Of a DNA stretch of 64,000 nucleotides, positions 11,513 to 21,809 are shown piece after piece. Within the stretch, counting starts at the first letter, position 1; every line of letters begins with the position of its first letter. The DNA is from Methanobacteriota archaeon. GTDB taxonomy: Archaea; Methanobacteriota; Methanobacteria; Methanobacteriales; Methanobacteriaceae. The stretch spans positions 288,001 through 352,000 of the forward strand of contig CAWBCJ010000029.1 of assembly GCA_963787255.1 (NCBI GenBank). Reading direction: 5' to 3'. The translations under genes were made by a program, and so were the position numbers. The notes under the pieces were generated by a model that searched no databases, was not told the DNA's origin, and worked only from the letters and a program-made list of their open reading frames with translations.

Positions 11513-12106
11513 ATGATAGTTATAATCAATTATGGTACGGGAAACCTTAAAAGCATTAGAAATGGTTTTTCAAAGATAGGGGAAGAAGCTGTTATCTCAG
11601 ATGACATTTATGAAATGGAAAAAGCAGATGCACTTATTTTACCCGGGGTGGGAGCATTTGGAAACGCTATGGAGCAGCTTGAAAACTACAAAGATTTAAT
11701 TCACGACCATATCAATGTAGGAAAACCATTTTTTGGTGTCTGTTTAGGGCAACAAATCCTTTTTACCAAAAGTGAGGAAAGTGAAGGAGTTAAAGGGCTA
11801 GATGTACTTAAAGGTGAAGTATTACGTCTTCCTGTAGACTTAAAAATACCTCACATGGGTTGGAATAACCTAGAAATTAAAAATAAGTGCAGTTTACTTG
11901 ATGGAATAGGCAATGATTACATGTATTTTGTTCATTCTTATTATGTAAAGCCTGAAGATGAAAATATAATTGCAGCAACTACCAGTTATGGAATTGACAT
12001 TCCTGCAGCCATATGCAAGGATAATGTCTTTGCTACCCAATTCCACCCTGAAAAAAGCGGAGAAATAGGACTAAATATTCTAAAAAACTTTGTAAAAATT
12101 ATTTAA
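11513..12106 (+). CDS. hisH: Imidazole glycerol phosphate synthase subunit HisH
   Basis: LPGVGAF, GVCLGQQ, PHMGWN, YFVHSYY and QFHPEKS motifs. Confidence 0.95.
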   Translation: MIVIINYGTGNLKSIRNGFSKIGEEAVISDDIYEMEKADALILPGVGAFGNAMEQLENYKDLIHDHINVGKPFFGVCLGQQILFTKSEESEGVKGLDVLKGEVLRLPVDLKIPHMGWNNLEIKNKCSLLDGIGNDYMYFVHSYYVKPEDENIIAATTSYGIDIPAAICKDNVFATQFHPEKSGEIGLNILKNFVKII

Positions 12107-12151
12107 GAGCAAATTATACCCTATTTTATAAAATACTAAAAGGTGTATCAA

Positions 12152-13513
12152 GTGGACATAGAAGGCTACGTAAGACATGCAATAAAAACTGATGATGAAG
12201 AAGATATTAGGAAAAGTTTAAAGGATAAAATTCTTGAATATAAGAATATAAATCCAGAACAGGCTTCTAAAATGGCAACTGCCGTGATTGAAGAGGTAAA
12301 ACATACACTTGAAATTGAATCATGTCCAGATGATTTTTTAAGAGAAATAATAGAGTATCCCCGGGCAGACGTAGCGATGGGAGAAATTGGAGTTGGCTCC
12401 CGAGGCGAAGGAGACTTCTTTGTTCACAGAAAAATAGCGGATATAGTTTCAAGTACTCATACTAATGCATTTATAACCCCTGAAGCTCAAGACGACGGTG
12501 GTGTGGTTAAAAAGAACGTTAATTCCAAGGATATATACGTAACCACAGCAATAGACGGAATACATTCCCGTTTAAGTGAATATCCGTTTTTAGGTGGATT
12601 TCACGTTGCACGGGCGTCCCTTCGAGATGTATGCGTTATGGGAGCAGATCCTGTTGCCGTTATAAGTGATTTACACCTTGCAGATGATGGAGACGTTGGA
12701 AAACTGTTTGATTTTACTGCAGGAGTTTGTGCAGTTTCAGAACTTGTAAATGTTCCCCTTGTTGCAGGCAGTACACTCCGAGTGGGTGGCGACATGGTAT
12801 TAGGCGATAGACTGGTAAGTGCAGTAGGCGCGATCGGTATATCCCAATATCCACCAACTGCAAGAAAAAGAGCTGAAGTAGGTGACGTTATTTTACTTAC
12901 AGAAGGCTCTGGAGGAGGAACAATAACCACAACAGCCATATATCATGGCATGTTTGACGTTGTTCGTGAAACAATGGACATAAGTTTCATAAAAGCATCC
13001 GAAGCAATATTTAACGCAGGATTACTTCCAAAAGTCCATGCTATGACTGATGTCACTAACGGGGGGCTTCGTGGAGATGCACATGAGATTTCAAAGACCA
13101 CAGGACTTGGTTTAACATTCCAAAACAATAGTATAAGGGAAATGATAAATCCAAAAGTCCTTCAAATGCTCGAAGAGTTAGATATTGACCCTCTTGGAGT
13201 TTCAATAGATTCATTGATGATAATAGCCCCTGAAGACATTGCAGAAGAACTTAAAAAAGCAGTTAATGATGCAAATGTTGCAATAACAGAAATTGGTTAT
13301 ATTGATGACAGTGGAAAGTCCAAACTTGTAAAGGATGATGCTGAAGTAGAATTAAAACCTTTATTTAGAGAAGCGGCTTATACAAAGATTAAAAAAATTG
13401 TCGGAGATACAACTCCCCATGACTTCGATTTAATGCGTCAAAAGGTTGAAAAAGCAGCCCTAAATGCAATAAAGAAAAAAGATGACGTAGTAAAGTCAAT
13501 ACGAGAAAAATAA
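12152..13513 (+). CDS. AIR synthase-related (PurM/HypE/ThiL superfamily) methanogen protein
   Basis: GVGSRGEGDFFVH, DDGGVV, DGIHSRLS and AMTDVTNGG. GTG start follows AAGGTG RBS. Confidence 0.85.
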   Translation: MDIEGYVRHAIKTDDEEDIRKSLKDKILEYKNINPEQASKMATAVIEEVKHTLEIESCPDDFLREIIEYPRADVAMGEIGVGSRGEGDFFVHRKIADIVSSTHTNAFITPEAQDDGGVVKKNVNSKDIYVTTAIDGIHSRLSEYPFLGGFHVARASLRDVCVMGADPVAVISDLHLADDGDVGKLFDFTAGVCAVSELVNVPLVAGSTLRVGGDMVLGDRLVSAVGAIGISQYPPTARKRAEVGDVILLTEGSGGGTITTTAIYHGMFDVVRETMDISFIKASEAIFNAGLLPKVHAMTDVTNGGLRGDAHEISKTTGLGLTFQNNSIREMINPKVLQMLEELDIDPLGVSIDSLMIIAPEDIAEELKKAVNDANVAITEIGYIDDSGKSKLVKDDAEVELKPLFREAAYTKIKKIVGDTTPHDFDLMRQKVEKAALNAIKKKDDVVKSIREK

Positions 13514-13783
13514 ATCTTTTTATTCTTATTTTTTGGAAATGCACCAGAAATAAATGTCTGGTAAAAATTCTTTTTTTTAGTTAATTATAAATATGCTGAT
13601 TTTATAGAAATTAATGAAATAATAATATTATGATAATTAGTATTCAACAATATCCCGCTTAATGCCCATTACGTTCTCATTTAATACCAATAAACATTTT
13701 ATGCATTAGTACCCATCCATATCCTTTTCATACACTAATAAAATTTAGATATGCCGCTTAAACAAATGATTTATGCATACTAA

Positions 13784-14977
13784 TTGATTATTATGGAGGA
13801 TAAAATGAAACAAAACACAGTTAATATGGTAAAAGAAATAATGATAGACTTTGCAAACATTACTGGACTTGAACCCGCCAGTGATCACCCAAAACGCTAT
13901 CTCTGGACTGATGCATTTGCAGTTTGCAATTATCTGGAGCTTTTCAAACAAACAAAGGATAAAAAATTCCTAGATCTTGCAATTCATCTAGTTGATCAGG
14001 TCCATCACATTTTAGGTAAGCACCGTGATGATGATTCTCGAAGTGGATGGATCAGCGGCCTTGAAGACCATGAAGCTAAAATACATCCTACCATTGGAGG
14101 ATTAAGGATAGGAAAAAAATTGAACGAACGTCAACCTGACGAACCATTTGATGACCGTTTGGAGTGGGATCAGGACGGTCAATACTATCACTACCTCACT
14201 AAATGGATGCATGCACTTAATAGAGTTAGCAAGGCCACTGGAGATGCAAATTATGTCCGATGGGCCATTGAACTCGCACAAGTCGCCCATAAAAGTTTTA
14301 CATATCTACCTGCTAACCGTGAAAGGAAAATAATGTACTGGAAAATGAGCATCGACCTTAGTCAACCAATTGTTCCTTCCATGGGACAACATGATCCTCT
14401 GGATGGATTTGTAACCTATAATGAACTTCAATTAACTGCTAAAAAAGAATTCAACCAATCAAATATTCCTGAACTTAACAATGAAATTTCAGAAATGGCC
14501 GATATCTGCAGAGGCATGAATTGGGTCACTAATGACCCCCTTGGAATTGGAGGCCTCCTATTTGATGCTGCAAGAATAACACAGCTCATTATGAATGGTA
14601 AAATAGATTTCAATGTCCTGCTTGAAGTAGTTTTAAACTCAGCCCTACTGGGCACAGGTTCATTTTTTAAGAGCAATCCCCTGGGAGTTCCATTGAATTA
14701 TCGTCTTGCATTTAGAGAATTAGGGCTTTCAATTGGGCTAAAAAGCATTGATAATATTCAAAAATGGTTTAATGATCATCCAAACAGTTTTAACAGAAAT
14801 AATTCTGTAAAAGAAATAATTGAGTCCATTAAAACTTATTTACCTCTCGGAGATGCAATTGAACAGTTTTGGACGCAGAGCAAAAACTGGCAGTTGGGAA
14901 AGTGGGCAGAGCACAGAGAGATAAATATGGTCATGCTGGCGACAAGCCTGGCACCAAATGAATTTATAAGGATTTAA
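13784..14977 (+). CDS. Conserved hypothetical protein, possible alpha/alpha-toroid fold
   Basis: 397-aa ORF with RYLWTDAFAV and DGQYYHYLTKWMHAL. The function is not recognisable. Confidence 0.7.
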   Translation: MIIMEDKMKQNTVNMVKEIMIDFANITGLEPASDHPKRYLWTDAFAVCNYLELFKQTKDKKFLDLAIHLVDQVHHILGKHRDDDSRSGWISGLEDHEAKIHPTIGGLRIGKKLNERQPDEPFDDRLEWDQDGQYYHYLTKWMHALNRVSKATGDANYVRWAIELAQVAHKSFTYLPANRERKIMYWKMSIDLSQPIVPSMGQHDPLDGFVTYNELQLTAKKEFNQSNIPELNNEISEMADICRGMNWVTNDPLGIGGLLFDAARITQLIMNGKIDFNVLLEVVLNSALLGTGSFFKSNPLGVPLNYRLAFRELGLSIGLKSIDNIQKWFNDHPNSFNRNNSVKEIIESIKTYLPLGDAIEQFWTQSKNWQLGKWAEHREINMVMLATSLAPNEFIRI

Positions 14978-15328
14978 ATCATGTTCTTATCTAAATAAAA
15001 CTCTTAAAAATTCAAAATATAACTTACAGAAGTTAATCAGCTTAATAAAAACCATTGAATCCAATGGAGATATTGGGAATGCCAATAACATTTCTGTTGG
15101 CTTTAAAAGCTGTGAAGACTACATTTTTCAAACTTTGTATAATGGAATTAATTGCAAATTTTATTAATTATGAATTAGTAAACTTAATTATATTAAAACT
15201 CATTTTTATAAAAATAGATTTAAAATTGAATGATCAATTCAAGTTATTAAAAATTAAAAGTTTAAAACATTGGTAACTAACTATAAATACTTTTTATATC
15301 TAATTAGTAGTTATTATAAGGTAATTCG

Positions 15329-15946
15329 ATGATACGCTATTTAAAAAAAACAGAAATTCCTAAAAAAGGATTTGCAGAGTTTATTTCAAATGCTGCCTAT
15401 GCTCCTTTAGTTTCAATTCCAGTATTTGCATTAATTAACATTTTTCTGCTAAATTTATATGATTTTATAATAATAACCAGCGTATGTGTTATTTTTGCAG
15501 GTTTGATGCCCATTTTACTTGTATTATGGTGGCTTAAAGGTAAACATGGAAATGGGGCAAAAATTGACATGGATATACCCGAAAGAACCGATAGGAATTT
15601 TCCTCTCTTGCTGGTAATTTCATCTTACTTAATAGGATTTATTATACTTTATATAATAAACGCACCTTTAATAACAACTGTTTTAATGTTCTGTTACTTC
15701 TCAAATACACTAGCTGTGTTTTTAATAAATCTCCGCTGGAAAATAAGTATTCACGCCATGGGAGTTGCTGGACCCGCAGTAGCCTTAATTTATGTCTTCG
15801 GACCTTTTGGAACAATATTTGCATTATTAATTCCTTTTGTGATGTGGAGCAGGGTTTACTTAAAAGAACATACTTTATCTCAGGTTATAATGGGTGCAAT
15901 GCTTGGATTTTTATCAACAGCTATTCAAATATACATTTTTATTTAA
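15329..15946 (+). CDS. PAP2-like integral membrane protein
   Basis: WKISIH and WSRVYLKEHT..QV..G PAP2-like motifs with multiple TM helices. Confidence 0.75.
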   Translation: MIRYLKKTEIPKKGFAEFISNAAYAPLVSIPVFALINIFLLNLYDFIIITSVCVIFAGLMPILLVLWWLKGKHGNGAKIDMDIPERTDRNFPLLLVISSYLIGFIILYIINAPLITTVLMFCYFSNTLAVFLINLRWKISIHAMGVAGPAVALIYVFGPFGTIFALLIPFVMWSRVYLKEHTLSQVIMGAMLGFLSTAIQIYIFI

Positions 15947-16155
15947 TTTAATCCGAACTAATTGATTTTTAAATAGTTTTAATTAAGAAATTAATCAAAA
16001 AAAACGTCCATAAATATGAGGGATATAAAAAAATCTCAAATAATTAGATTTCAGCAACGCTCCAATAAAATTTAAATACATAAAAAATTAATTATAGTAT
16101 ACTGAATATTAAATTCACTACCTTACTTCTTATTAATATGAATTTTTAATTTATT

Positions 16156-16227
16156 GCCCTGGTAGTGTAGCGGATATCACGTAGGATTGCGGATCCTATT
16201 ACCCGGGTTCAAGTCCCGGTCAGGGCA
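16156..16227 (+). tRNA. tRNA-Arg (anticodon GCG)
   Basis: Acceptor stem GCCCTGG/TCAGGGC, anticodon arm TAGGA-TTGCGGA-TCCTA, T arm CCGGG-TTCAAGT-CCCGG. TATA-like sequence upstream and T tract downstream. No encoded CCA. Confidence 0.95.
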
Positions 16228-16337
16228 TATCTATTTTTTTACTACTCTTTTTAAATTAGTGATATTCATTTCAAAAAAATATTAAAACGTCCCCCAAAAA
16301 TCTCATACCAAAATTTAATCCGTGTTTTTCATAAATT

Positions 16338-16877
16338 TTATTCTAATTTAGACATTTCAAATAGTTTATTTGTTGTTTTCCAATTTCTTGTCGTAGCTAT
16401 GGTTTTTAACTTTTTTTCAAATACATTATTTGTTAATTTTGATCTTGCATACCCATTTGGGCAATAAAGATACACTTCTCTACTAATAACTTCATACTTC
16501 TCATTTTTACCTTTCTTGATATCTAAACCTGAAACAGCTTTTAAATCGGGAATATCTAACAAAAAGGTTACATGTAACTTATCAATTTCAATGTTTTTAT
16601 CTTTAATTAACGGATTACTGCTAATGATGTTCTCCAATTCCTTTTCACTTCGAATAATCACATTTACATGAAATCTAAAGTTTTCACTTATCTTTTTTTC
16701 AATATTTCTGGCAATTTTTATGGTGTCAATAGAATCATGATCAAAAATAACATTACCACTTTGAACATAAGTTTTTACATTTTTAAAACTCAGTGATTCA
16801 AAAGCTTTTATTAAATCTGCCATTTTTATTCTTTTATTACCAACATTGATTCCTCTTAACAAAGCAATATATCTCAT
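16338..16877 (-). CDS. DUF1697 family protein
   Basis: MRYIALLRGINVG, TYVQSGNV and TTRNWKT signature motifs. Confidence 0.9.
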   Translation of the reverse strand: MRYIALLRGINVGNKRIKMADLIKAFESLSFKNVKTYVQSGNVIFDHDSIDTIKIARNIEKKISENFRFHVNVIIRSEKELENIISSNPLIKDKNIEIDKLHVTFLLDIPDLKAVSGLDIKKGKNEKYEVISREVYLYCPNGYARSKLTNNVFEKKLKTIATTRNWKTTNKLFEMSKLE

Positions 16878-16963
16878 AATTTCAAGTTCCTTTTTTTATA
16901 GATTCAAAAAAAAATAGTAATACTACACCAGAAACAGTTTTATTTATCCCCCTTCTGAGTATA

Positions 16964-17015
16964 GATATCACATAGGATTGCGGATCCTATTACCCGGATT
17001 CAAGTCCTGGTAGGG
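16964..17015 (+). repeat. Degenerate copy of the 3' three-quarters of tRNA-Arg (att-like direct repeat)
   Basis: GATATCACATAGGATTGCGGATCCTATTACCCGGATTCAAGTCCTGGTAGGG matches 16173-16225 with 3 substitutions and 1 deletion. The 5' acceptor and D stem are absent. Confidence 0.9.
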
Positions 17016-17041
17016 AATATTTTAATATTTTTGATCATTGA

Positions 17042-17228
17042 TTTTGCACCCATAACTCTAAACAAATCTACAAATGCTAGCCATTCTGATGTTCTATCAA
17101 CGTCCTTTTATTCAATTAAACTATGAGCTTTAGGATTTCTTATTTGCCATTACAGTTCCGGTAAATAACTACATGAAGTCAAGTTGTTCAGCTTTATCAT
17201 CTGAAACTTTTAAAATAGGATTATTTTC
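17042..17228 (-). pseudogene. Relic of a TIGR02391-like protein (RxxxxH motif)
   Basis: Minus-strand translation ENNPILKVSDDKAEQLDFM*LFTGTVMA/IRNPKAHSLIE*KDVDRTSEWLAFVDLFRVM, with two stops and one frameshift. Confidence 0.65.
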
Positions 17229-17233
17229 TTGTT

Positions 17234-18883
17234 CTATCTTTCAACAAATCTAATTTTTCCACTTTTATTAAAAACAATACTCTTTTTCCATTTATCGTCA
17301 GTTTCATGGAAATCTTCCCTGTAGTGAGCTCCCCTGCTTTCGCGGCGTAAAAGCGCAGATTTTGTAACAAGTTCAGCCACATTAAGCATTTTAGTTATTT
17401 CAAGGGCGTCGAGAAGGTCGTTATTATAACTTATGATATCTGGCACCCGCATATCTTTTAGCATATCTTTTAATTCATTTATTCTCTTCAATGCGGATTT
17501 TAGACCCTTTTCGTTTCTTATTATGGCCACGTTTTTCCACATTACTTCTTCAAGCTCTTTTTTTATCTCAAATGGGTAAACATCGCCATTTTTAAAGAGT
17601 TTTAAAATACGTTCTTTTTCTGCTTCGATAAATGCTTCATTTGAGTTTAATTCACTTTCAAGAGCATTTTTTGCAGCTGATTCTCCAGCACGCTTTCCAA
17701 ACACCTGAGTATCTGCAAGTGCATTTCCACCAAGCCGATTTGCACCGTGGACTCCACCAGTTACCTCTCCTGCTGCAAATAAATTCCTAACTGCGGTTTC
17801 CCCGTGTTCATTAATCATTATTCCACCCATAAAGTGGTGTGCTGTTGGTGCCACTTCCATCGGCTCTTTTCTAATATCCACATCCACATCAAGGAATTGT
17901 AGAAGCATGGTTTCAAGCTTTTCTTCGATTACATCATCTAGAAGATGGGTAACGTCCAGATAAACTCCTCCTTTTTCAGTTCCTCTTCCTTCTCTAATCT
18001 CGTTGTATATGGCTCTTGCAACGATATCTCTTGTTGCAAGCTCGCCTCGAGGGTCGTAGTTTTTCATAAATCTTTTACCTTCGGCATTTATGAGTTTTCC
18101 ACCTTCTCCCCTCACTGCTTCTGTAACCAGAACTCCTTTTCTTGATTCAGGGAAAATCATACCTGTTGGGTGGAACTGAACCTGTTCCATGTCCAAAAGA
18201 TCTGCTCCGGCATCATATGCCAAAGAATATCCATCCCCAGTTTTCTGCAATGTGTTTGAAGTTACAGGATAAAGCCAACCTGCTCCACCACATGCCATAA
18301 CAACTGATTTAGCTTTAAAAACAATTAATTTGGAGTCTTGAAGTGAAATACCTGTCGCTCCAATTACAGATTCTTTAAATTCGTCCATGATGAGTGAAGT
18401 TATCATTATTTCATCTAGAGTTTCAATTTCTCTTTTAATAACTTCTTCTTTAAGGGCTATCATCATTTCGTGACCTGTTCTATCGCCCTGAAAACATGTT
18501 CTTCTAAATGTCTGGCCTCCAAATGGCCTCTGGTTAATTTCCCCAGATTCTTGCCTGTCAAAAAGTGCACCATAATTCTCAAGTTCAATCAATCTTTCAG
18601 GTGATTCCTCTACAAGAACCCTTACGAGTTTAGAATCATTTAAATAGGCCCCTCCTTTCATAGTGTCTTCAAAATGCGCATCAGGGTTATCTTCACAATC
18701 CACAGCACCGAATGATGCATTGTAACCGCCTTCAGCTAAGGTTGTACATCCTGATTTAAATGATAATCCTTTTGATACTATTAAAGCACTTAGATTATGT
18801 TTAGACGCTTCTATTGCCGCCCTACACCCAGCTCCACCAGAGCCTATTACCAAAACATCATGTTCATAAATTTCACTTTCCAT
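17234..18883 (-). CDS. tfrA: Thiol:fumarate reductase (CoM/CoB-dependent) flavoprotein subunit A
   Basis: GSGGAG, QFHPTG, TEAVRGEGG, HHFMGG, HGANRLGGNAL and ESRGAH in a methanogen context. Confidence 0.9.
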   Translation of the reverse strand: MESEIYEHDVLVIGSGGAGCRAAIEASKHNLSALIVSKGLSFKSGCTTLAEGGYNASFGAVDCEDNPDAHFEDTMKGGAYLNDSKLVRVLVEESPERLIELENYGALFDRQESGEINQRPFGGQTFRRTCFQGDRTGHEMMIALKEEVIKREIETLDEIMITSLIMDEFKESVIGATGISLQDSKLIVFKAKSVVMACGGAGWLYPVTSNTLQKTGDGYSLAYDAGADLLDMEQVQFHPTGMIFPESRKGVLVTEAVRGEGGKLINAEGKRFMKNYDPRGELATRDIVARAIYNEIREGRGTEKGGVYLDVTHLLDDVIEEKLETMLLQFLDVDVDIRKEPMEVAPTAHHFMGGIMINEHGETAVRNLFAAGEVTGGVHGANRLGGNALADTQVFGKRAGESAAKNALESELNSNEAFIEAEKERILKLFKNGDVYPFEIKKELEEVMWKNVAIIRNEKGLKSALKRINELKDMLKDMRVPDIISYNNDLLDALEITKMLNVAELVTKSALLRRESRGAHYREDFHETDDKWKKSIVFNKSGKIRFVER

Positions 18884-19058
18884 ATATAAAATTTAGATTC
18901 ATGTGTTATTTAAATTTTGATAGTGGAATAAAATCAATTAGGACTAAATATAAAAAGGATCAATTCAAAATTCTTAATATTAATATAAAGTTTAGAAAAA
19001 TTAAATTTTAATTGAATTATGATTTATAATTACCTCAAAATAGTAAAGGAGGCATTAT

Positions 19059-20654
19059 TTGGATAAAAAGAAAGTTATAAAGCTTGCAAAGAAGGATTTT
19101 GAAGGGGCGTGGATGATGACCTCAAGAACTTTAAAAAGGCCCCATCATGATGAGGAATATCCTCGTTTAAAGCTTGAAACTGGTGAAAGTCACATGCTTT
19201 ACGATACTGTGGCACGGTTAAGGGAGGCATATTTAAATTTAGGTTTTAAGGAAACTGTTAATCCTGTTTTTATTGACGAAGAGCATATCTACAAACAGTT
19301 CGGCCCTGAAGCTCCAGCAGTTCTGGACAGATGCTTTTACATAGCAGGACTTCCAAGACCCGACATTGGGATTGGAATGGATAAAATAGAAAAAATTGAA
19401 AAAATAGGCGTTTCTTTAGATGAAAATAAGATTGAAAGCTTAAAAGATGTCTTTAGAGGATACAAAAAGGGAGATGTAAGCGGTGATGACCTTGTTCATG
19501 ATGTTTCAGCTGCTCTTGAGGTAAGGGATGATCTAGGACTCCGCGTACTTCAAAGAGTCTTTCCTGAAATTCATGAATTAAAGCCTATTCCATCAAAAAT
19601 GACTTTAAGGTCTCACATGACCTCAGGATGGTTTATAACCCTTAAAGCAATTAACAATAAAAGAAAACTTCCAGTTAAGATGTTTTCTATTGACCGGTGC
19701 TTCAGGAGAGAGCAGCGAGAGGATGCAAGTCATTTAATGACATATCATTCAGCTTCATGTGTGGTTATGGACGATGCAATACCTTTAGATCTTGGTAAAG
19801 CTATTTCAGAAAGTTTGTTGGAATATTTTGGATTTGAAAAATTTAAATTCACTCCTGATGAGAAAAAATCAAAATATTATATCCTTGGAACTCAAACCGA
19901 GGTTTACGGCTATCACCCCAAACTAAAGGAATGGGTGGAAGTGGCCACTTTCGGATTATATTCGCCAATTGCCCTTGCAAAATATGGTATTGAAAAAGAT
20001 GTTTTAAACATTGGTGTAGGGGTTGAAAGAATTGCTATGCTTCTTTATAACCAGATAGATGTAAGAGAAATGGTTTATCCCGAAACGTACGGTAAATGGA
20101 ATCTTTCAGACAGAGATATGGCTTCAATGCTTCGAATTAACTATTATCCCGCAACAGATGAGGGAAAAGAATTGATGAATGATATTCTCACCACATTAAA
20201 AGAGCATGGTGATGAACCTTCTCCATGTGAGTTTACAGCATTTGAAGGTGAATTTTTAGGTAAAAATATTGTTGTAAATACCGTTGAGCCAGAAAAGGGT
20301 ACAAAACTTTTAGGGCCCGCGGCATGGAATAAAGTTTATATAAATCAAGGCGACATTGTTGGTGTTCCATTAAAAGATGTTGATGATGAAAAAGCATTAG
20401 AAGCTCTGGATAAAGGAATATCAACCGAAATATGTTATATGGACGGTATCGCGGCTGATGCGGCTTATAAGATTGAAGAGATGGTGGTTAGCGGTAAAGA
20501 AGAGGTCACAGTTAGGGTACCAATAGTCAGATCCCTCTCCGATATTAATTTAAGACTTGATGATGTAGCATTAAACTATATAACCAGTAATAATAAGGCA
20601 ATAGATGTAAGAGGGCCAGTATTTTGTACAATTACCTGTAAAATTAAAGATTAA
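19059..20654 (+). CDS. sepS: O-phosphoserine--tRNA(Cys) ligase
   Basis: QFGPEAPAVLDRCFY, TLRSHMTSGWF, FSIDRCFRREQREDASHL and EVATFGLYSP. Confidence 0.95.
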   Translation: MDKKKVIKLAKKDFEGAWMMTSRTLKRPHHDEEYPRLKLETGESHMLYDTVARLREAYLNLGFKETVNPVFIDEEHIYKQFGPEAPAVLDRCFYIAGLPRPDIGIGMDKIEKIEKIGVSLDENKIESLKDVFRGYKKGDVSGDDLVHDVSAALEVRDDLGLRVLQRVFPEIHELKPIPSKMTLRSHMTSGWFITLKAINNKRKLPVKMFSIDRCFRREQREDASHLMTYHSASCVVMDDAIPLDLGKAISESLLEYFGFEKFKFTPDEKKSKYYILGTQTEVYGYHPKLKEWVEVATFGLYSPIALAKYGIEKDVLNIGVGVERIAMLLYNQIDVREMVYPETYGKWNLSDRDMASMLRINYYPATDEGKELMNDILTTLKEHGDEPSPCEFTAFEGEFLGKNIVVNTVEPEKGTKLLGPAAWNKVYINQGDIVGVPLKDVDDEKALEALDKGISTEICYMDGIAADAAYKIEEMVVSGKEEVTVRVPIVRSLSDINLRLDDVALNYITSNNKAIDVRGPVFCTITCKIKD

Positions 20655-20659
20655 ACCTT

Positions 20660-21292
20660 ATGTGTTCATGTAATTTAATGCAAAGTCTCGCAAAAATTCA
20701 AAGTAACCTTTCTAGGGAAATAGTAACGCAGGACAGCTTTGAAAAAATTCAAAAAGTTGCAGGAGTTGATGTTTCCTTTGAAAAAGATAATATTGCAACT
20801 GTAGCTGCGGTTGTTATTGATTTTAAAACCAATGAGATGTTAGAGGGAAAAACATTAAAAGTTGAGATGTTATTTCCTTATATTACAGGTTTTTTAGGGT
20901 TTAGAGAAGCTGATGCGATGATTTCAGTTTTAAAAACCCTGAAAAATAATTATGACGTTTTAATGGTCAATGGCCACGGTGTAATGCATCCTCGAAGCTT
21001 CGGTCTTGCATCTCATGTAGGAATGCTCATGGATCAGCCTGCCATTGGAGTTGCAAAAAGATTAAGCCCTGGAAAATATAAATTTAATGTTGAAAACAGG
21101 ACAAAATATGTCCTGCTCAATAATGAAACTGTAGGTGCCTATATTAAAGGTAAATACATAAGCATAGGGCATAAAATTTCTCTTAAAACTGCTATTGAAG
21201 TTGTATTAAAAACTTCTATATTTAAAATGCCCGAACCAATAAGAAAGGCACATATTCTAGCTACACATACCATGAAAAATGAATTAAATTAA
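20660..21292 (+). CDS. nfi: Endonuclease V
   Basis: AGVDVSF, FPYITGFLGFRE, HPRSFGLASH, IGVAK and PEPIRKAH. The usual VDG motif reads VNG here. Confidence 0.88.
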   Translation: MCSCNLMQSLAKIQSNLSREIVTQDSFEKIQKVAGVDVSFEKDNIATVAAVVIDFKTNEMLEGKTLKVEMLFPYITGFLGFREADAMISVLKTLKNNYDVLMVNGHGVMHPRSFGLASHVGMLMDQPAIGVAKRLSPGKYKFNVENRTKYVLLNNETVGAYIKGKYISIGHKISLKTAIEVVLKTSIFKMPEPIRKAHILATHTMKNELN

Positions 21293-21315
21293 AAAATAAG
21301 TTAAGTGTGATTTAA

Positions 21316-21696
21316 ATGGAAATTAAAGGAATTGTTATATCCGGACAAGGAAAAGGTGCTTATTTCATGTCCAAATCATTTTATAAAACTCAGTTCCTGG
21401 AAAAACTTAATTTCAAGCCATTTCCAGGTACTTTGAACCTAAAAATATCTAATAACAAAATTGAAACCATTCAGAGTATTAAAAAAGACAAACTGGAAAA
21501 AATTAAAGGTGAGGGGAATTTTGGAGATGTTCTACTTATAAAAGCCACTTTAAACAATGATGTAAGAGGAGCAGTAGTTTTCCCTAAAAAAACCACTCAC
21601 GGCGAAAATATTCTTGAATTTATAACTTCAATTAACATTAAAGAAACTTTAGGAATTAAAGACGGCGATGAAGTTAAAATAAGCCTTGAATATTAA
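21316..21696 (+). CDS. ribK: CTP-dependent riboflavin kinase (DUF120)
   Basis: GIVISGQGKGAYF and PFPGTLN motifs, adjacent to ribB. Confidence 0.9.
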   Translation: MEIKGIVISGQGKGAYFMSKSFYKTQFLEKLNFKPFPGTLNLKISNNKIETIQSIKKDKLEKIKGEGNFGDVLLIKATLNNDVRGAVVFPKKTTHGENILEFITSINIKETLGIKDGDEVKISLEY

Positions 21697-21809
21697 AATT
21701 TTTATTTTTAATGCAAAAATATTAAGTTTATAAATAACGTACCTTATAACCACATAGAAAATGAGATTTATATATAATTACAAAAAAATAACAATGGAGT
21801 TACGATTAA

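Noticed and set aside
15055-15276. 73-aa ORF between the hypothetical gene and the PAP2-like gene
   Set aside because: No RBS, an AT-rich low-complexity 3' half, and no recognisable motif in any frame.
16001-16305. AAAACGTCC...AAAAATCTCA words on both sides of the tRNA
   Set aside because: They are short, A-rich and differently spaced, so they cannot be distinguished from chance.
16947-17016. Second functional tRNA-Arg
   Set aside because: The 5' acceptor strand and D arm do not match a tRNA, and the T arm carries substitutions, so it is treated as an att-like remnant.
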